From NCBI GenBank assembly GCA_048941265.1, contig JBHLNT010000093.1, forward strand, positions 1-15,888: a stretch of 15,888 bases of DNA, in the 5' to 3' direction. The position numbers and the translations under genes were made by a program. The stretch is from Promethearchaeota archaeon. Lineage in GTDB: Archaea; Asgardarchaeota; Lokiarchaeia; Sigyniarchaeales; SOKP01. How positions within the stretch are numbered: the stretch's first letter is position 1; each line of letters starts with the position of its first letter. The notes beneath the pieces are model-generated. The model had not been told where the DNA came from, searched no databases, and saw nothing but the letters and a program-made list of their open reading frames with translations. This document shows, piece after piece, positions 1 to 5,845 of this stretch.

Positions 1-921
1 CAAGAAATTGACAAATTAATAAATGAAAAGGATGAATCATGGAATAAACAAAAAAATTATCAAAAAATTATTACTGACTTAAAATCGGATCTTTCGATGG
101 AAAACTCTAAAAAGAATAATTATGAATCAAAAAAAATAATTTGTGCTGATCAAATAGAAACCTTATATGAAAGATCTAAAGATTATGGGACATTACCCCC
201 TATTACTGAAGATTTATCGGAAGAAGGATTACAATCTGATATTGCTCTTGCCAATAATAAGAAGAGAGCCTTAGAACCTGTGAACTTAAAAGCAATTGAA
301 CAATATGATACGGTAAAAGAGAGGTTTGATGAAATAGATATGCGTAGACAGACAATCCAACGCGAGAGAAAATCAATTTTAGATGCAATAGATAAGATAG
401 AACTAGAAAAGACAAGGACCTTCATGACTGCGTACCATGAGATTAACAGAGTTTTTAGTGCGGTGTTCCAGAAACTCTCTCCAGGGGGGTCAGCTAAAAT
501 GATTCTTGATAGACCTGATAAGCCGTTCGAAGGGGGTGTAAGTATCGAAGCACGTCCACGCGGTAAAAAGATCTCCTCGCTTGAGATTCTTAGTGGAGGT
601 GAAAAAACTCTAGTTGCGTTGTCATTTATTTTTGCCGTTCAAGAATTTTACCCAGCACCTTTTTATATAATGGATGAGATTGATGCAGCGCTCGATGGGC
701 CGAATGTTCATCGTGTGAGTACAGTTATCCAAGATTTCTCACATCAAGCACAATTTCTTGTAATAAGTCATAGAGAAGAGAATATTGTGAATGCTGACCG
801 CATTTATGGAGTTTCTATGCAGCAATCAGGCATTACAGATATTTTTAGTGTAGATCTAGAAGAAGAAGCAAAAAGACTTTTAGAATTAGAAGACATTCCA
901 CCCCAAGTGGAAGATAATTAA
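1..921 (+). CDS. smc: Chromosome segregation protein SMC, C-terminal part (5'-truncated by the window edge)
   Basis: Frame +1 is open from base 1 (QEIDKLINEKDESW...), so the ATG at 97 is internal. The protein has a coiled coil followed by the SMC head motifs: VNLKAIEQY, ARPRGKK, ABC signature LSGGEK, Walker B/D-loop YIMDEIDAALD and H-loop VISHR. It lies directly upstream of scpA and scpB. Confidence 0.97.
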   Translation, partial: QEIDKLINEKDESWNKQKNYQKIITDLKSDLSMENSKKNNYESKKIICADQIETLYERSKDYGTLPPITEDLSEEGLQSDIALANNKKRALEPVNLKAIEQYDTVKERFDEIDMRRQTIQRERKSILDAIDKIELEKTRTFMTAYHEINRVFSAVFQKLSPGGSAKMILDRPDKPFEGGVSIEARPRGKKISSLEILSGGEKTLVALSFIFAVQEFYPAPFYIMDEIDAALDGPNVHRVSTVIQDFSHQAQFLVISHREENIVNADRIYGVSMQQSGITDIFSVDLEEEAKRLLELEDIPPQVEDN

Positions 922-937
922 ATAAATTTCGAATAAT

Positions 938-943
938 GGTGAG
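938..943 (+). promoter_or_regulatory. Putative Shine-Dalgarno GGTGAG upstream of an ATT codon (949) in the scpA frame
   Basis: The GGTGA core typical of archaeal ribosome-binding sites ends 5 nt before ATT at 949, near the start of the open frame that begins after TGA 940-942. Confidence 0.5.
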
Positions 944-948
944 ATAGT

Positions 949-1947
949 ATTTCTGATAAAGAAGAACCAAATCAAGAAACAGATTTTAACAAATGGACAG
1001 TCAAAGATTTAAGAGAATTTTGTAATAAGAATAATATTAAAATTCCATCAAAAGCTAAAAAGAAAGATATAGTTGAGCTATTAAAAAGCGTAGTATCTAG
1101 TTCAGACTTCATAGATAGAACCAAAGAAGAAGAATTAGAAGAAGAATTAATTGCGGGTTTTGAGGAAGAGGAAGAGGAATCACCTCTTATGCATAGGGAA
1201 AAATCTGAAATAAAATTTTGGCAAAAACCGAAATATCGAGTATTATTAGATCTTGACCTCGCGAAAGATTCACAAGTTGCATTTTATGATTTATCAGCAT
1301 TAGTAGATAGGTTTTTTGATCATATGCTTCAAGAAGAGCTTATAAATTACAAAATCTCTGGAATAGCACTTAGGACAGCTGCAAATTTGCACCATTTCAA
1401 AATTTCTAGCATAATTCGTGAAGAAGAACAAATACAAAAGATGGAAGAACTCGAAAAATTAAGACAACGTCATTCAAGAGCAATTCCTAGAACTCTCCCT
1501 CAACCAATCAGTCCTAAAATGCAAATAGCAACAAAGGATGAATTATTTGAAGCTATGAGAGCTGCGATCATAGAAACGATGCAAAAAAAAGAAAAATTGA
1601 GAAGGAGAAGATTACGACAAGAAGAAGAAAAACATAAACGCCTACAAAGATTATCTCAAGCGAAATTGCCTAAAGAATTATTAAAACATATAAGTGGGAA
1701 GGAACAAACTGTTGAAGAATTACATGATAGTTGGTTTAATCGAATAAAGGCTACGATTAATATAAATAATAAAGATTCTAGTTTTTTTGATCTTTTAAAT
1801 ATTATAAAAGATGAGGAAGAAAGTTCTATTGGAAGAAAATTTGCGTTAGTTCGAATGTTTTTAGCTTTAATGTTCTTAAGCACAGGAAATAGATTAACGC
1901 TAGTCCAAGATGATGAATTTAAAGATATTTTAATAAATTTGAGATGA
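949..1947 (+). CDS. scpA: Kleisin ScpA with an N-terminal HeH/SAP-like extension (start uncertain; ORF track start is 1189)
   Basis: The N-terminal kleisin region (YDLSALVDRFFDHM...INYKISGIALRTAANLHHFK), middle motif (IATKDELFEAMRAAI) and C-terminal winged helix (LVRMFLALMFL...LTLVQDDEFKDILI) match archaeal ScpA, and the gene lies between smc and scpB. The frame is stop-free from 943 with protein-like content, but has no ATG/GTG/TTG before 1189. Confidence 0.88.
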   Translation: MSDKEEPNQETDFNKWTVKDLREFCNKNNIKIPSKAKKKDIVELLKSVVSSSDFIDRTKEEELEEELIAGFEEEEEESPLMHREKSEIKFWQKPKYRVLLDLDLAKDSQVAFYDLSALVDRFFDHMLQEELINYKISGIALRTAANLHHFKISSIIREEEQIQKMEELEKLRQRHSRAIPRTLPQPISPKMQIATKDELFEAMRAAIIETMQKKEKLRRRRLRQEEEKHKRLQRLSQAKLPKELLKHISGKEQTVEELHDSWFNRIKATININNKDSSFFDLLNIIKDEEESSIGRKFALVRMFLALMFLSTGNRLTLVQDDEFKDILINLR

Positions 1948-1971
1948 AAAATAATTAATATTAAAGTTTAT

Positions 1972-1975
1972 GGAG
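1972..1975 (+). promoter_or_regulatory. Putative Shine-Dalgarno GGAG for scpB
   Basis: GGAG lies 7 nt upstream of ATG 1983 in an otherwise AT-rich 35-nt spacer. Confidence 0.5.
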
Positions 1976-1982
1976 ATAAAAT

Positions 1983-2741
1983 ATGGATAATTCTAATGAG
2001 GAAATTAACGATCATTCTGAAAAAGAAGATAATGGAATAGTAGATGATAATAATTTTAATGAAGAACAAAAAGATGATTCTGAAGTAAATATTGAAAATA
2101 CAACTGATATGCCAGATAATATAGAAAACAATGCGATTGCTATTCCAGAAGGTGATGAAACAGATGAGGAACTAATAATAAGACAAATGCGAGATTATCA
2201 TAAAAATTTAATTGAAGCCTCTCTTTATGTTGCCGGAAGTTCATTGAGCATAGAAGAATTAAATACAAAATTGGAAATCTCTAAGAAAGAAGTTGAAGAA
2301 TTAATTAATGAACTTGCCTTCGATTATTTAGAACGCTCAACAGCTCTTGTAATTAATAGAGTTGGAGATGAGAGCTATCAGATGAGTCTTAAGACAGAAT
2401 TTATCGAAAAAGTCTCAAAATTTGCGAAAGGAGGGGCAATTGCTGAAAGATATTTAAGAACATTGACGGTTATCGCATTAAAACAGCCAATTCTTAAATC
2501 TTTAGTTATAAAATTAAGAGGCGCTGGAGCTTATGAGCATGTTAAATATCTTCTTGACAATGAATTAATTTCTGCCGTTAAAAAAGGAAGATCTCAAGAA
2601 TTAACGACTACTGATAAATATGCAGAAATGTTTGGCTTACCAAAAAATAAAGAAGAAATGAAAAGACTTATGGTTTCCCAATTAGGGCTTGATAATATAT
2701 CTGATGATGATAATAAAGAAAATAATGAAAACAGCGAATAA
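1983..2741 (+). CDS. scpB: SMC-Scp complex subunit ScpB (kite) with acidic N- and C-terminal tails
   Basis: Typical ScpB motifs are present: IEASLYVAG, YQM, LRTLTVIALKQPI...IKLRG...HVKYLL and GRS...TTDKYAEMFGL. It is the third gene of the smc-scpA-scpB cluster. Confidence 0.95.
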   Translation: MDNSNEEINDHSEKEDNGIVDDNNFNEEQKDDSEVNIENTTDMPDNIENNAIAIPEGDETDEELIIRQMRDYHKNLIEASLYVAGSSLSIEELNTKLEISKKEVEELINELAFDYLERSTALVINRVGDESYQMSLKTEFIEKVSKFAKGGAIAERYLRTLTVIALKQPILKSLVIKLRGAGAYEHVKYLLDNELISAVKKGRSQELTTTDKYAEMFGLPKNKEEMKRLMVSQLGLDNISDDDNKENNENSE

Positions 2742-2754
2742 TTAATTCCAAAAT

Positions 2755-5511
2755 TTAAGATTTAAGAACATTTATCTGTTCTTCAATTGTTTTTTTCTTA
2801 TTCTGCAATTCCTTTAGATTTTCTTCTTCTAATTTCACTAATTCTGGTGGAGCTCGCGTAGAAAATGGTCCATCTAGTTTTTTTTCAACGTTTTGAATTT
2901 GTTCTATTAGTTTTGAAAGTTGCTCTAATAATCTCTCTCTTTCTATCTTGATATTGATAATCTCTACTAATGGAAGATATACAACAACCTCCTGATGTAT
3001 AATTCTAGCTGAATTTTTCGGTATATTAGATTCATTAAATTTTAATTTATTAGGATCAATATGAGATAATAACGTTATTGCTGGAGAAGCTTTTTTAATT
3101 AAATCTTTTTTATTTCCCGTTTGAATAATCAGTGGAATTTTTAATCCTGGTTTGATATTAAAATCTTTTCTCACGCGCCTTATATCATGGATTATGTTTT
3201 TAATTAACTCAAAATCTTGTTCGATTTCCTCATCGATAAAAGAATCGTTCACTTCTGGCCAATTAGCTACAATTAAAGCTGGACCTTTCTTAATTGAATC
3301 TGGCAAACTTTGCCACAATGCTTCAGTGAGGAAAGGTATTATTGGATGTAAAAGACGCAAACAATTTTCTAAAATATATAACAAAATAGCGATAGGTGTG
3401 TTTTTATCCTGTTCTTTATCATCGTATATCCTAATTTTTGAAACCTCAATATACCAATCACAAAAATCATCCCAGATAAATGAGCGAAGTGATCTTGCAG
3501 CGTTAAGATAATCATATTCTTCATAGAATCTATTAACATTCTTCAATACTTTAGTAAAAATTGAAACAATCCATTTATCCGATATCCCTAATTTATTTTT
3601 TGGATAATCAACTGAAAAGGGAATTATTTTCTGAGCTTTGTCAAGATTTCCTAAAATATAATTTGTAGACTGCCATATCTTATTACAAAAATTTTTAGAT
3701 GCTTTAAGAGCTCCCGGACTAAGATTTAAATCTTTACTAGGAATAATATTTGAAATAAAAGTGAATCTTAGCGGATCAGCCCCGTATTGAGCAATAATAT
3801 TTAGAGGGTCATATTGATCAATATTTTCCATAGATTTACTTATTTTTTGACCGTGTTCATCTCTAATAATTCCATGAAAATATACTTTATTATAAGGTGT
3901 TCTTTTGGTTAATTCAATTCCAAGCATCATTTCTCTAGCGACCCAAAAGAAAAGAATATCATATGCAGTTTCCCTTATATCATTAGGATAGTACCTTATG
4001 TAATCTTTATTCTCTAAATTTGGCCAACCTAAGGTAGCAAAAGGCCATAATCCGGAAGAAAACCAAGTATCTAACACATCCTCATCTTGCCTTAATTTAT
4101 TATCATTACATATTGGACAGATTTTTGGTGCTTCAAATTCACAAATTTGATGGCCATTTGAACAATACCATACTGGAATTTGATGCCCCCACCATAATTG
4201 ACGACTAATACACCAGTCACGAATATCCCCCATCCACTGAAAGAATCTCAATTCTTCACGTTCAGGTATCATCATTGTTAATCCGCTTTTAACAGCATCC
4301 ATAGCTTCTCTAGCTAAGTTTCTCGTTCTTACAAACCATTGAGTGGAAATTCTAGGTTCAATAATTGTATTACATCTCTGACAATGAGCTATAGCATGTA
4401 AATATGGTTCGATCTTAGAAAGAAGTCCTTCTTTTTTTAAATCTTTAACAATCTCCTCTCTACATTCAAATCTATCCATATTTGCATATTTCCCTGAATA
4501 CTTCGGTATCATTTTACCCGTTTTATCTATGACTGTGATAAACTCTAAACTATTTTTCAAGCCTATTTCATAATCATTTGGGTCATGAGCAGGTGTAATT
4601 TTTAGGGCTCCAGTACCGAATTCAGGATCTACATATGAATCTTCAAACACAGGAATTTCTCGCCCTAAAACGGGTAAAACAGCCATGTTCCCCTTATATT
4701 TTGAATATTTAGGATGTTTTGGAGCAATAGCTACTCCCGTGTCCCCTAATAATGTTTCTGGCCTAGTAGTTGCCAATTCTATAAATTCTTTTGCTCCTTC
4801 TGCCCATTTGCCAGAAGCCCATTCTGCTTTTGGTCCTTTCCAATCTTTACTTTTTATGGGATATTTTAGATACCATAGATGACTTTCATGCTCTTCAGTT
4901 TCAGCCTCTAAATTAGAAATAGCTGATTCACACCGTCCTGGGCACCAATTTACCATATATTTTCCTCTATAAATCAAATCTTTTTTGTATAGCTGTACAA
5001 AAGCGGTTCTTACTGCTAGACTGTAATCTTCATCCATCGTAAACCTTTCTCGTGTCCAATCACATGAAGATCCCATGCCTTTTGATTGCTCTCTAATAGT
5101 TGCTTGACAACGATCTTTCCAATTCCACACTTCTTCTATAAATTTTTTTCTCCCTATCTTTTTCCTATCTATCCCTTTCTTAGCTAATTCCCTCTCCACT
5201 ACATTTTGTGTAGCTATCCCTGCATGATCAGTTCCTGGAAGGAATAATGTTTCTTTTTGTTTCATACGCTCATATCGAGTCATAAGATCCTCGATTGTTA
5301 ATACAATTGCGTGACCAAAATGAAGAACTCCTGTTACATTTGGAGGAGGAAGTGTAATACAAAAACGTGGACTATTTTCATCCACTAATCCCAATTCTAA
5401 TTGTTTTTCAGGACGGAAATAACCTTGAGATTCCCACCATGTATATATTTTTTTTTCAATTTTTTTAGGATCATGTATAGGTGGTAAATTCTTAAAGTCT
5501 ATCATATTCAA
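2755..5511 (-). CDS. valS: Valine--tRNA ligase (bacterial/eukaryotic-type architecture)
   Basis: Motifs: PPPNVTGVLHFGH (HIGH motif, 5311-5322), GTDHAGIATQ, editing domain ATTRPET and FGTGALKITPAHD, DWCISRQLWWGHQIP, DVLDTWFSS, KISKS (KMSKS motif, 3832-3846), and a C-terminal coiled-coil arm. The ORF-track start is TTG 5511; ATG 5505 is an equally plausible start. Confidence 0.98.
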   Translation of the reverse strand: MNMIDFKNLPPIHDPKKIEKKIYTWWESQGYFRPEKQLELGLVDENSPRFCITLPPPNVTGVLHFGHAIVLTIEDLMTRYERMKQKETLFLPGTDHAGIATQNVVERELAKKGIDRKKIGRKKFIEEVWNWKDRCQATIREQSKGMGSSCDWTRERFTMDEDYSLAVRTAFVQLYKKDLIYRGKYMVNWCPGRCESAISNLEAETEEHESHLWYLKYPIKSKDWKGPKAEWASGKWAEGAKEFIELATTRPETLLGDTGVAIAPKHPKYSKYKGNMAVLPVLGREIPVFEDSYVDPEFGTGALKITPAHDPNDYEIGLKNSLEFITVIDKTGKMIPKYSGKYANMDRFECREEIVKDLKKEGLLSKIEPYLHAIAHCQRCNTIIEPRISTQWFVRTRNLAREAMDAVKSGLTMMIPEREELRFFQWMGDIRDWCISRQLWWGHQIPVWYCSNGHQICEFEAPKICPICNDNKLRQDEDVLDTWFSSGLWPFATLGWPNLENKDYIRYYPNDIRETAYDILFFWVAREMMLGIELTKRTPYNKVYFHGIIRDEHGQKISKSMENIDQYDPLNIIAQYGADPLRFTFISNIIPSKDLNLSPGALKASKNFCNKIWQSTNYILGNLDKAQKIIPFSVDYPKNKLGISDKWIVSIFTKVLKNVNRFYEEYDYLNAARSLRSFIWDDFCDWYIEVSKIRIYDDKEQDKNTPIAILLYILENCLRLLHPIIPFLTEALWQSLPDSIKKGPALIVANWPEVNDSFIDEEIEQDFELIKNIIHDIRRVRKDFNIKPGLKIPLIIQTGNKKDLIKKASPAITLLSHIDPNKLKFNESNIPKNSARIIHQEVVVYLPLVEIINIKIERERLLEQLSKLIEQIQNVEKKLDGPFSTRAPPELVKLEEENLKELQNKKKTIEEQINVLKS

Positions 5512-5623
5512 CCATAGTTAATGAAGCATATCTTTTAGATTTTATTTAATTAAATATAATAATCTTGTTCAAAATGATTCCAAAATTATTCTCATCTTTC
5601 AAATACCTAAAATACTATTAAAA

Positions 5624-5725
5624 TGGACCTGGCGGGAATTGAACCCGCGGCCTCTTGAATGCGAGTCAAGCTTAAGATTGATTTATGAGGCAGAAATCAA
5701 TGATCTTCCACTGATCTACAGGCCC
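5624..5725 (-). tRNA. tRNA-Ala(CGC) with a 30-nt intron (5672-5701) at position 25/26; CCA not encoded
   Basis: The minus strand reads GGGCCTG TA GATC AGTGGAA GATC [intron] G CTTGA CTCGCAT TCAAG AGGCC GCGGG TTCAATT CCCGC CAGGTCC A. All four stems pair. G3:U70 and A73 are the Ala identity elements, the anticodon CGC is at 5663-5661, and the mature length is 72 nt. Confidence 0.95.
5672..5701 (-). other. Archaeal tRNA intron with bulge-helix-bulge splice motif
   Basis: Intron sequence ATTGATTTCTGCCTCATAAATCAATCTTAA. The central 4-bp helix AAGA/UCUU is flanked by 3-nt bulges UC^A and AA^G, with an inner helix UUGAUUU/AAAUCAA. Cutting after the second nucleotide of each bulge restores a correct cloverleaf. 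Confidence 0.9.
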
Positions 5726-5845
5726 TTTTTTAAAAAGTATATTGGTAAGGGGATCGTATCTAATTTTTTTTTTTAATTTTTTAACTATGTGAAGTAAAAT
5801 CAAAAATTAAACTTTATTAAATTAATTAAAAAATACTAAAAATAA

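Noticed and set aside
183-425. Minus-strand ORFs 183..425 and 203..415
   Set aside because: Antisense shadows of smc with no recognisable motifs.
940-942. In-frame TGA upstream of scpA as a selenocysteine or readthrough codon fusing smc and scpA
   Set aside because: TAA stops at 919 and 934 precede it in the same frame, there is no start codon between 934 and 940, and no redox-motif context.
1656-1883. Minus-strand 75-aa ORF
   Set aside because: Antisense to the conserved ScpA C-terminal domain; its composition mirrors the sense codons.
3152-4882. Plus-strand ORFs 3152..3511 and 4685..4882
   Set aside because: Antisense shadows inside valS.
5512-5725. tRNA as an integration site for an island carrying the GRE and dam genes
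   Set aside because: No integrase or transposase, and I saw no duplicate of the tRNA end in the window. The tRNA 3' end faces valS, not these genes.
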